Assembly: GCA_040954595.2 (NCBI GenBank)
Contig: CM082581.2
Span: 8,293,413-8,357,412 of the forward strand
Source of the DNA: Balanoglossus misakiensis
Taxonomy: Eukaryota > Animalia > Hemichordata
Reading direction: 5' to 3'
DNA: 64,000 bases
Shown here: positions 53,584 through 64,000 of the stretch, piece by piece
Position numbering within the stretch: position 1 is the stretch's first letter
Layout of the letters: every line of letters starts with the position of its first letter
Notes under the pieces: model-generated
Database searches by the model: none
Seen by the model: the letters and a program-made list of their open reading frames with translations, nothing else
What the model was told of the DNA's origin: nothing
Program-made: the position numbers and the translations under genes

Positions 53584-54321
53584 TTTGTTCCATTTCTCAA
53601 CAAGCAAACTTAGTAGAATAACCGGTCAAACACCTAAATCATTTTACATGTAATGCGGTCTGGGAAAATCGTCATCATTTGGCGACGGTATGACGAAGTA
53701 TGTTGATAGGAACACGATGAAATGCCGTTCGTCATGACAGAGCTGGTCGTAAAGTGTAAAATAGGATAACAAATTATTTTACTTGTAACAGTTGGAGTTG
53801 CAATGCCGATTTCATTCAATTTCTTTGGTAAACGAATGGGCATATTTCCTGAGCATTATTTCGTAAGCTGATGACGACAATCGAAGAAATGTTTCGGCAC
53901 TCAATTTATCCTATATTGTTGTTTTTAAAAACCGAATGTACAAACAAAGCGAGGATTATTAACCAGCAATTTCATAAAGCATGAGATGGAGCGATTACAT
54001 CAAATTTTCCTGTTTGAATAGTTAATTGCGCAGGTTTTTGATTACATTTGCCGAACGACAATGCTGCCAGTCATCGTGACGCCAAATGCTGAGACAGATG
54101 ACTGCTGCTTGTAGTATTTCAGATTGAATTGGACCTTCAGTCAACGATTACCGACCCTTGCGACGATCTTGCATTTATCGCAATGATGCGTCACCTTTCA
54201 TGTTACCTCGAATGCGTCTTTTTCGATATTCAAGGGAGCTTTCTGTTATTACAAGAGGGGTGGGCGCTCCGGGGGAAATTGGAATCGTTCGGTGACAGGT
54301 TTAGATTTCTATTCTGATCGC

Positions 54322-54500
54322 TAGTGTAACGGCAAATCTCCAATGTTGTATGAGTGATCCAGATAAAACACATTTGAGACCGGGTCGATCCCCTCAGAAG
54401 TGAAATTTTCACCAGGTTTAAATCCTCTTGTCAATGTTTGATGGATAAGGCTCTCGCCAGTGCTGAATTATCGTTGGGAAATTGTCTGGACTTTTGGCAG
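54322..54500 (+). mobile_element. Possible tRNA-derived SINE remnant
   Basis: A-box-like TAGTGTAACGG at 54322 and B-box-like GGGTCGATCCC at 54382; no cloverleaf evident. Right boundary is a guess. Confidence 0.25.
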
Positions 54501-55815
54501 TGTGGAGATGTATCACGCTAAGTTGTTTGCAAGATTTTTTGATATTAACTCCTTTCGTTGCTCGATTTTCTGCGTGGGGGCACATGTTTGAAAATCTTCG
54601 ATTTGTTTGTATTCACATGTGTTTTTAATATCAAGCATGTTGTTGGTGATAATGGAAACCGCCAGTGATATGCCAATAAACGGCGTGGGTTGAAGCATGT
54701 CACGCGTGCAGAACCCGTTACGTAAATCAATTATTCATCTTGACGATGGGTCAACACAAAGCGTTCACTCATCTTCATCTGTTTTGTCATGCCGGTATAA
54801 ATATTACTTCAAGGAGGTTTCAAATCTTGCATTAAGTTGATTAATCTGTCACGGCCGCAGAAGGGATGTTTGAAGCGGATTTATGTGTCAGTGCGCATCC
54901 AGTTTGTGATTGCATAGTGTGATTGCAATTGTATGTACATTAGCATGTTGACGCATTGGTAACCACTTCTCGGCGAAATATCCGCAAGTTGTAAACCATA
55001 CGTTAAGATTTGCTTCGAATAAAGAAGGTACATGTATGTACATATTAACAAAGATCACAAATGTATCGTACATGAATTCAAAGTTTATAGGACACCCGAG
55101 TAAAGATCAGTGGTCGTGACTTGTATTAAAACTTGTGAAATTGAGCTGTACGTTTTCGAATAAAACATACGACACGTCGCTCATAGCGTATAGGCTGCGG
55201 CTGAACTCTTCTATAACGAAATAGCGACCCAGCTAACCGAGAAGGAATGCATTCTGACGTAACTGGCCGTTTGGGACACGTGTCCGTTAATGCAAACGTT
55301 TATGATTTACCGCAGTCTCTCGTAATATTTTTGTTATTTCGAAATAAGATGCTCGCTGAGGGAACGGTGGGTCATGCCTTGGCTTATGTGTTGGAAGGTT
55401 GCACCCCCACCGCGTGGATTAGGTAGAAATTATATATCATATATGAAGGGTCAAAAGTCGGGGTTACAATATTGATGCAAACGTGGTGTGGTGCAATATT
55501 TCTCTGTGCATCCCAGCTTGAGAAATTAATATACATCGTTTTACAGACTGCCCAACCGCTGGTCCTCGGAGAACCATTCCCCTAAAGCAGTTCTAATGGG
55601 GATGATGTCGTTAACTACTCAAAAGTGGAGTTTCGGGTTGTTGCACTTTGGAAATAAGGAATAAGTTAGCCTGATTTCGACTATGGGTAACAATTATTTT
55701 TATATTAAATGTGACTGACTGACTGACTGACTAACTAGTTAGCTGGCTGTAAAGATCCACTGTACAAATACAACAATAACGAAAACAAGACCTGATTTCA
55801 CTTCATGAATCACAT

Positions 55816-55821
55816 TTTATT
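55816..55821 (-). terminator. Candidate polyadenylation signal of receptor paralog 2
   Basis: AATAAA on the minus strand followed by a U/GU-rich tract (about 55790-55765). Would imply a 3' UTR of about 2.4 kb; other AATAAA candidates exist (e.g. about 57760). Confidence 0.3.
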
Positions 55822-58229
55822 GAGAAGATTTCAAAGTGTCAGTAAACAGCTACACCCAAGGAACGACAAACCGACAGGTAAAATCTTTCCGTCTGCGCAT
55901 GCTTGGCGCTTCAAAACCTGTTAGTATTTATATAGCTCGCATTCAAAGTAAGTCCACATGTTTCTATTTAAAGTAGGTTTTGCGAGAAAGTGGCATGGAA
56001 GTACAAAAGTAAAATAGATCTACACTATTGTATAAAAACGAAAGTTACACACATTGTCCCCGGTACAACAGTGAAGGCGCTATGCTACCTACACTATATA
56101 CATGTACGTTCATTCAGCGAACGCCATTTTCACCGATCAACGGTGAAGACGGGTATCCAGTTCGCGATAAATAAACCGTTTCTCCAAGGCTTTTGTTTCA
56201 GTCATTCTTATTAATCGATACCTCTTGGGAAAAAAATCTTAGAAAAATTCACAAACAAACTCTCCTCACGTGATCTTATATGAACAATAAGCAAAGCATA
56301 CAAAGAAGACATCTTCCAATATGCAGGTGCATTCAGCAACTGTCTTCTTTATAGACGCTGTGAACAGAAAATTTATTTTGAAAGGGGCGCCGACTCTCTG
56401 GCTGCTTACGACTAATATATTTTTACGTTACCTTATATAAAAGAGCTATGACTTTTTTTCTCGTTTTATATGTTAAAATGTTTGAAATTGTTAAGTTAGA
56501 ATTTTTAAGGGGGAACACAGTTCCTTTTAAATTTAAAACCTCATAGGAAGTCACTATTTGTCAATTTGGAACGTGTGAATTATTGCGATACGAGTTAACA
56601 TCATGAAACACATGAGAGATTTGCTATTTATCATAAAAGAAATGTAATTTTTAAAACATCATTGCGGCTGTAAGTAGCTAATATATGTATGTTTCTAGTG
56701 TGTGTTTATAAACATTCATGTTCAATGCTGACCTGACAACATGGAATCAAACAGGTTTTTTCATCGTTTGTATCCAATCAACTTCTAGTTCCTCGTACGT
56801 TTTACCCCTTTGCGCAAACATGTAATAAGCACTGTGTAAATTATGGCGGACGTCCGAAGACCGCGGGGCTGCGCAAAACTACCACTGCATTACAACGAGG
56901 CACAAACAAAACATCATGCGAAATTCGCGCACACGAATTCAACAAAACGGTACCGAAGCATTTGCTTAGAATTTATCTGAAGTTAGCTGCATAACACCTA
57001 GAAATGTAAACAATCAAAGTCTTCATTAGCCGTTGTTACCGATAAGAATACAGTTCGCTCGACTGAACAAACTCAAAGGTCCTGGCCTGCAAGCTATGAT
57101 AAAAATTCTCCGTTCCACGCATGGTTGCATATATTGATTGGTAGTCTTATGTTTCTAAAATATGCCAATAGTATTTAACGCAATTGCATGTTCACCGATG
57201 TTGTGATAGGAAGATCCCAGCTTTCCCTCAGGCTGGTGACTGTAGCTGGATTTGTTTAGTTGACCATATACCCCTCATACATTTTGAAGTTCGATTTTAA
57301 CGCATGCGGGTGTGTGCGCAAAAACCTGTCACGCGAGGAATACTACAATTGTTCTCGTGACATAATAATTATTATGGCGACATTACTTCCGAATTAAGAG
57401 CACTATGTGGTCGCTGAAACATATTTTTCAGACAAAAATGCAACTGCAGCCTGGTGGGCTACTTTTAATGCATTTTGCAGCACTTTTATGGTGCAGTTTG
57501 AATTATGTTGGAGGCTCATGAAACTCGATAAGGTTGCAAGTGCCTGTCCGTAAAATTCGAGGAAAAATTGCAGATTCGACCAGGCTTTGGTTTTCGATCG
57601 CGTTCATGCTTATCAACTAATCATTGCATTACGTATGCTAGAATGTTTGTATATTCAACAAAATACTGTTGGTAAAATTCAGCTTTGGTATCTCCGTACT
57701 GTTGCGCCATTTTGAACAACTCTGTGTATTTTTTGGTAAATTCTGAAGTAAAATGGTTTTATTATTTATAAATTTCGCAATTTGATGTCAAACGCATCTC
57801 GCTATTGTAAATATTTCATTATTACTTTTAAACAGAGTTGGTTTAAACTTTTGTTTATCTGTAAACTGTGATCTCTTTGTTGCCGTGTAAAAGATACTAA
57901 GAATATCTCCGTTGAATTAAATGACCCGTGTCATAGATTAGGTTTCCTGATGGCAATTCATACTGTATCTTTCTCCTCAACCAACCAGTCTTTTTTCTTA
58001 TGAAAAATCTAGCCCGTATAAACTGTCAAAAATATGCAGTATATGGTGACGTCACTGGTCGTGTGCGCAGATGCTTGTTACTTTCGCTTCCGACTTCATA
58101 ATAGTCGACATCCAAATTCTGTGACGCGGTGACGGAGAGTTTCATAGCAACGTGACCGTAGGCCCTGCATGGAGGAGTAATCTTAAGGCATTACTTGGAG
58201 CAGCCCCGCCATTCCGTGTGATCGATCGG

Positions 58230-58900
58230 TCATTCCAGATTTTGCAAGGCCTGCTGAGCCATCTGCAATTCATACTGTTTCTGGATTGGGCTTGGGCCGT
58301 CGTCGTACTCTATCTGCAGGAAAATCACCAGCATGCACCCGATAGTGCCGAGGACGTAAAGAAAGAGAAGTATTCTATCCACGACCAGCGCCACCTGTTT
58401 CCACTCGCTGCTGCACTCGTCCTCCTTTTGTTTTTCTTCGAACATCTCCCTGAGAAGTTTCACTTCTTGAATGATCTCTCTCAAATAGTACAATTGCCCG
58501 TCTATTCTGGCGACGGGCTGGGCGCTGTCCCCCTGATGGGCCAGCTGCGCGCTCTTTCGGTGCCTCGGCTTCGGCGAGTGGTGGGCCAGACGCCTGGCCT
58601 GCTGCACCCCGTTGACCCCCATCCGATAGGATATCTCCGAGGAGTCCGACAGGTCCATCATGGGATGGAGTTCCAGTTTCTTGCCGATCCTGGCGTAGTC
58701 CCGCTTGACCGGCTTCCTCGCGTCGACGTTCGACGAGACCTGCCGAATGAGCACGAAGCGGGCCACCTTGCCGAGGACCAGCCGACGCAGCCATGGCGGC
58801 ACCGGCCGACTCTCTGGTCCGCGATGGTGCAGATTGAGAACGGCCACTGACATCATTATAGACAGCGACACCAAGAACATCACCGCTGCGTAGTATTGAC
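58230..58900 (-). CDS. Receptor paralog 2 terminal exon (M3-M4)
   Basis: tcaag|GTCAATACTAC acceptor; stop TGA at 58232-58230. Confidence 0.93.
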
Positions 58901-61900
58901 CTTGAAATTTTGAACACAGAAACAAAAAAAAACTGTGAGGAAGACGCTTCGGCAACGGATTCGAAAAAATAATGTGAGTATAGTCGACGAACTGTGACAT
59001 CGTAAAAGAGCATGGAAGCTTGGTCCCAATATTGCCTGAATGTCTTTCTGTTTCAGGTCTTAAAGCCCCAAGAGGTAACCGTTTCTTTTCACGTCATGTT
59101 CATGGCTTCAGTTTCAAACTTAAAGTTATAGCGTGTCACTGTGCCCATTCAACAGGGCGTGTATTCTTCGTAATCGCACTGCAGGAACTGGCTCTTTGGA
59201 ATGCTGGACTGCTTTGGAATGCGTTGCCATGCGTGCAACAGTGAAGAAAATCTGGCCGTACAAAAAGATGCAGCTTCTGGTGGTTTAATGAGTATTCAGA
59301 CCTGAAACAGAGAACCATCCAGTCTGCCGGAACAAGCCTCATATGCGTAAAGTTGCCGTGCCCATCACTACAACCAAAACCATTATTATCCTCACCTTCG
59401 CTATTACATTGTCATCATTACTGCACCATCATCACCCGTCATCATCATCATCGTCGTCGTAGTCATCATCAACAGCGTCGTCGTCATCATCACCACCACC
59501 ACAAACATCATCTCATGTGATGGGTATAATATTTTACTGTATAAATGTTAGATGCCTACCCGTTGTCGAGATTTTATATTGTTAACTCTTGCCGCAAGTA
59601 TCAGCGGTACCCATCAATTAATCTTTACGCTTTGACATAGGGGGCCTAAGATTTTCAATATCATCTGGATAAGTGAAAAACTACACTAGCCTGTGTCCGT
59701 TTACCATCAACGTGTGAATGCAAGAAAATCGCGATGCGCAAACTTACAGAAATATACGCGCATAAGACTCAGTTGCATTAACTCTTACCTAGGATGGGCA
59801 CATTGTTCTTCATAGGTGGGAGAGTTTCGGCCAATAGCAGCAAATACACGGTGAGCGACAACAAAACGGTGATTCCCAGACCGATCTTTTCGCCCGATTC
59901 CACGGGGAGGAAGAAACTCAAAATGGTGACGGCCGAGATGAGAGAACACGGCATGATGAGATAGAAGACGTAGTAGGTGGGAAGTCTTTTCAGATACACG
60001 ACGTAGATCACCTTGGAAAACTCCTCGTACGGATAGTCCGGGTAGTATTGGATGGATTCGTTTTCATTGACTGTGGTCAGCTCCCAGAGTTGCCACTCCG
60101 TGTCCCCTTCGAAAAAGGATTGGTCGCCTGTGAGTAAAAACGAAAGTAGTTATTCATTTGATCACGAGTTGTTGTTTGAGTAAATTACAAAAAGACATTT
60201 ATGACAATAGAATTTGAACGAACAGTCCCGAAGTAACATTCTAGTGTTGGAATTTGAAGAATCAGGCGACAAAAATATATGTAGTCGATTTTGGCAGTAA
60301 TTGCATTTCATGAGAAGCTATATGGTATCTACCGTATATTAAAGGGACAAAGTCTCTCTCTCGCTGCCCTTTTTTCCATTAATTATGTTTGATACAAGAC
60401 ACCATTTATGTTAATGTAAATGTGGATATATAGTGAATCAATGATCAACCACACAAAACTTCCTTCCCACTTGTATGATATGAGAGTAAAAACTCGCCCA
60501 AAATGAATAAATGGTAAAGAACGATTATTCATTTTGGCGAGTTTTTTCACTCTCCTGTCTATAAGAGGTATGGAAGTTGTGTGTGATGGAACGTTGATTC
60601 ACTATATACATGTATCCACATGTAGAATAACAACCGGTGTCTTGTATCAATTATAATTCATGGAAAAAAAGGGCAGCGAGAGAGAGACTTTGTCCCTTTA
60701 ATCTGGGTGGCCGATGAAATAACACTCACCCGTTCCCTGCATGAATATCTCTGATGCGTTGTGCAACCAGGGGCCAAAGGTCACATTGCACGACTGCTTG
60801 TCGAAAGGGAAATTCCACACGTCCATTTTACAGTGGGATTTGATGATGGCGGGCGCTGCCCACAGGACCTGTCCGTTGCTTCGAACAATGCACTGAGAAT
60901 TGATCGTGAAGTCCTCGTATTTGTTGTCAGCACTGTCAATGTAGATGGAAAGTCACATGGCTTACAAAGAAACCACAATATTGTTTTTAAGTCATACTTT
61001 TCAGGATGTATAATATAATTTCACTTTGTGGTACTGACTTCAAAAGCGGTATCCAGTTGTCGTTTCCAAATTAAAAATAACTTCTATATGCTAGGCCATT
61101 TAATTTTTTATAATATGGGAAAAACATCGTGCATTTTGCAAACCTACTTTTGGTACAGCCATACATCAGGCATCCAGATAACATCCTTATTGATCTTAAA
61201 GTTATCTATTCCACTAAAATCTTCAGGATCCCACATCAAAAATTCGTCGTTCCATCTCTGCAAGGAATGATGGGAAACGTGACAATTCATGAATAAGTAA
61301 TGACATTGGAAAACGTTTGACAGTCGTTCGGGATGATGTTAGTATAAAATGTGGCGAGATTTTGCGAAAAGGGACGTTGACACTGATTTTCAAGAACAGC
61401 ACCGTCTTGCGTGCGTGGACACACTTCACCAGATCATGCAATAATTGGCCGAATAATTAAATACTACGTGAACAGGATTATACAACGTCAGCTGCCAGTC
61501 ACCTTCCGTTGTGTTCTTTCTTCAATGTGGCCCTGGACAATATTTTTATGATTCAATGAATTTGTGAGATTTGTTTCATTGAGCCGCTCACTCTCGGTAC
61601 GGCTAATAACCGTTAAACGTGTTCGATGTGCAGTCCACTGAAATTACACCCATAAATCGAAAACCGCAGTGAAAACATTGGTACACCGGGAAACACAGAT
61701 CGCGGTATACACTTGAGACCACCCTGCTAATGGATAATTATTCCCCGAGGGCTGTGCAAAGATTAAGTGAATTGAACGCATTTGCAATTAAGAGATTTAA
61801 TTTAACTTACAATCGTCAGCCACACGTTCATTTTCAATGTTTGCAGTCTCTCATCCTGCATGGAAAACAAATAAACCGATATGTCATACTTTGGTTACGT

Positions 61901-63549
61901 CACTATGAATATCTGAATACATGTACATGTATCTGCACACGGTGCTTTGCTTGGCGCCCACGTCTCTTAGTTAGCAAAGTGAATTCGAAGCAAATTTACA
62001 TGTTATCACAACCATAAATCGAGTTTCGATGACATAGCGACTCTTCACGATGTGTTATAGCTATTCATCTTCTTCCTCGAAAGATCAGCCACGAGCACAT
62101 TCTGTATTGCCGCAGGGAATTTCTGAAAAAATTACCTACCACATTTAGCACCTGGGCCAGGAAAAGTTGTAGCTCCAGTTTAGTGGTGGTTCTTTGGCTC
62201 ATCACCGGTCGGACAGTTTTGTCGTACGTGTGGTTCCTGAAGAGGAAATGTCGCAGTTCCACATGATCTTGGGATGCACTCGAATCTGTAAATAGACCAT
62301 TGATGAGTTAGTCAATTCAGTCAAAAAAAGGTTGAAGTTTAGCTCCGCTATATAACACGGAAAGTTATCACTATTGGAAGCGAATACATGTACATGTATG
62401 TACGTATATGTATGCAAAGTATACAATTAGGCATCGTGTATTGGGCGAGACCAACTTTGGAGGTCTGGGCTTTGGCAACTACCCACCACTGCTGAAATTA
62501 CACCGTTTTGGGAATTTAGCGGCTGTTTAGAATACACCGTCATCAAAATGACTAATCGCGTCATTATTGACACGCGAGTACAGTAGGTTTTATGCTCGCC
62601 TTGGAAAAGTCAGAATGAAATTACTGACACCGATATGTCGGTAGTAAACAATGGTCGATTCAGTCTGTGAACGACATCATCGAGACGTACACGTTGTACT
62701 CTCGCTGCGTTGTGATGAATTTAACCACACAACGCGTGATTGATTGTAGACACGCTAATGAATTTGCGAGAGCTGTTTCTCTCACCTCGCTGCAGTGATT
62801 AAACCTTCGAAGAAACGGCGTATTTTTTTCGAAAGAGCAGGTCACACAGTTTGTGACGCTGCGGTGCTTGTACGATGAGCAATAGCGCGGATTATATTGA
62901 TGAAATACAATTACAATTGTGTGTACCAGGGGCATATTCCTTGACGGTGTACAGATTGGTTGTATTAAATCGAGGATCGATCTGACATGTTTTTTTCCGT
63001 CAAACGATAAATTGTGTTTGTGGTTTCCTTCCATCAATTAGATTATGTGAGAAATCTGAGTGTGGCTTTTATTTTCAGAGAAATGATCCTGACACATATA
63101 AAGAGTGGAAGGGCACACACAACACCTATGGTATTATGTCATGCAAAGTTGCAACAAACGGAAGCCGACGACAAGCTTCACTAACTGCAGACTAGAAAAG
63201 CAGCATTCCACTAGACCTGTGTTCACGGTTGTTAAGCGTCTATTGGAGAAGGGTATTTTAGAGCGACAATGATGCAAGAAAAGTTCCGAAACCAGCCGGG
63301 ATGCAGCAAAAGATATTCAGTATTCACGGCACAGCTGAACGCAAATTTCTAAAACAAAAAAAGTTTACCAGACGTTACCAAAACCAATCTGACAATTAGC
63401 AAGCAAGCGAGGACGGAGAAAAAATTAAGAACTGTTTCGAACCTTTTGCCATCCCGGCCGTCGATGAAGACTGTCGACGCTGACGACGACGTGATTTCGA
63501 TTATTTTGGTCAAGATTTCAATGGCTGCACATTCCAGAAACAAAAGCAT
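58230..63549 (-). CDS. Cys-loop ligand-gated ion channel subunit, nAChR alpha9/alpha10-like but lacking loop C CC (paralog 2); join(63549-63369,62285-62140,61855-61811,61257-61148,60932-60730,60127-59789,58900-58230)
   Basis: Same exon sizes as paralog 1. YDKTVRPV, DERLQTLKMNVWL, WMPDVWLYQ, CKMDVWNFPFDKQSC, M2 GEKIGLGITVLLSLTVYLL, EWKQVALVVDR. All junctions GT-AG and in phase. Start codon uncertain (63549 or 63582). Confidence 0.93.
59400..59512. repeat. Degenerate (CAT/CGT/CAC)n trinucleotide repeat, intronic
   Basis: Directly visible. Confidence 0.75.
59789..60127 (-). CDS. Receptor paralog 2 exon, 339 nt (loop F/C, M1, M2)
   Basis: acag|GCGAC acceptor; donor G|gtaaga. Confidence 0.93.
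60343..60697. mobile_element. 355-bp fold-back MITE flanked by TTAA (Kolobok/T2-like termini), intronic
   Basis: TTAA|AGGGACAAAGTCTCTCTCTCGCTGCCCTTTTTTCCAT ... ATGGAAAAAAAGGGCAGCGAGAGAGAGACTTTGTCCCT|TTAA. Inverted symmetry continues almost to the centre (about 60515). Confidence 0.9.
60730..60932 (-). CDS. Receptor paralog 2 exon, 203 nt (Cys-loop, loop B)
   Basis: gacag|TGCT acceptor; donor G|gtgagt. Confidence 0.93.
61148..61257 (-). CDS. Receptor paralog 2 exon, 110 nt (loop A)
   Basis: gcag|AGATGG; RWNDEFLMWDPEDFSGIDNFKINKDVIWMPDVWLYQ; donor AA|gtaggt. Confidence 0.92.
61811..61855 (-). CDS. Receptor paralog 2 exon, 45 nt (loop D)
   Basis: gcag|DERLQTLKMNVWLTI|gtaagt. Confidence 0.92.
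62140..62285 (-). CDS. Receptor paralog 2 exon, 146 nt
   Basis: tacag|AT; SSASQDHVELRHFLFRNHTYDKTVRPV...QVLNV|gtaggt. Confidence 0.9.
63369..63549 (-). CDS. Probable first coding exon of paralog 2 (signal-peptide-like hydrophobic stretch)
   Basis: ...KRFETVLNFFSVLACLLIVRLVLVTS, then a phase-1 donor G|gtaaac. In-frame ATGs at 63549 and 63582; TATA-like TATATAA on the minus strand near 63755-63761. Confidence 0.55.
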
Positions 63550-64000
63550 TGGAAGTCGCCCTTTCTTGGGAAAAACGGGCATGCATCGCCACGTGAGAGA
63601 ACGTGGACCAAGTAATAAAATGCAAAGCAGCCGGAGCCAAGAGTTACTGACAGGTGGTAAAACACTCGCCCACGCCAAGGGATGCGTTGTAATTTAAAGT
63701 AAAGCGCCCTCTCAGAGGCGCGATAAAAATAGCACCTTCATTAATCACCATCACTTATATAAGCTATAAAAGTGGTAAAAAGGGGACAGCTCGTGAGAAC
63801 CCCGAGTTATTTTCCATTCTCATTAAATTTAACAGCGTGCTTTCATTACGGAAGAGTAAGACTAGAAACTGACGCAGATTCATGATGTAACACGAGTCTA
63901 AGTGTTTTGATCTTGAACATCCATTGATGACAGGGTTGTTGACTCAGCTCCGATGAAAAAATATCACAGTCCTTTTCAGTGACAACATACTTTCTCTGAT

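Noticed and set aside
54322-54395. Functional tRNA gene
   Set aside because: A/B-box-like motifs only, with an imperfect B box and no acceptor or anticodon stems; at most a SINE remnant.
58152-59013. 232-aa plus-strand and 212-aa alternate-frame ORFs
   Set aside because: Shadows of the GC3-rich terminal exon of paralog 2.

Overview
Eukaryotic (metazoan, intron-containing) genomic DNA. It is probably a marine invertebrate such as a hemichordate, amphioxus or echinoderm, but that is only an inference from gene style and repeat content. The window opens with about 56 near-identical copies of an 88-bp satellite (1-4980) that end in a compound microsatellite, followed by a possible decayed protein-kinase fragment. 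Three spliced genes can be rebuilt by hand with GT-AG junctions and consistent reading phase. One is a 4-exon SLC16/MCT-family transporter (+, 11112-13127). The other two are tandem paralogous Cys-loop receptor subunits of the nAChR alpha9/alpha10-like type (-, 15472-20283 plus an unresolved first exon, and 58230-~63549) with identical internal exon sizes (146/45/110/203/339 nt). Both keep a cation-selective M2 but replace the loop C vicinal cysteines with a longer, Tyr-rich QYYPDYxYExFSK motif, so they may be gated by something other than acetylcholine; this is the most interesting signal here. About 35 kb between the paralogs has no recognisable long coding sequence. TTAA-flanked MITEs and microsatellites are scattered through the window. 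Most ORFs in the supplied track are spurious.
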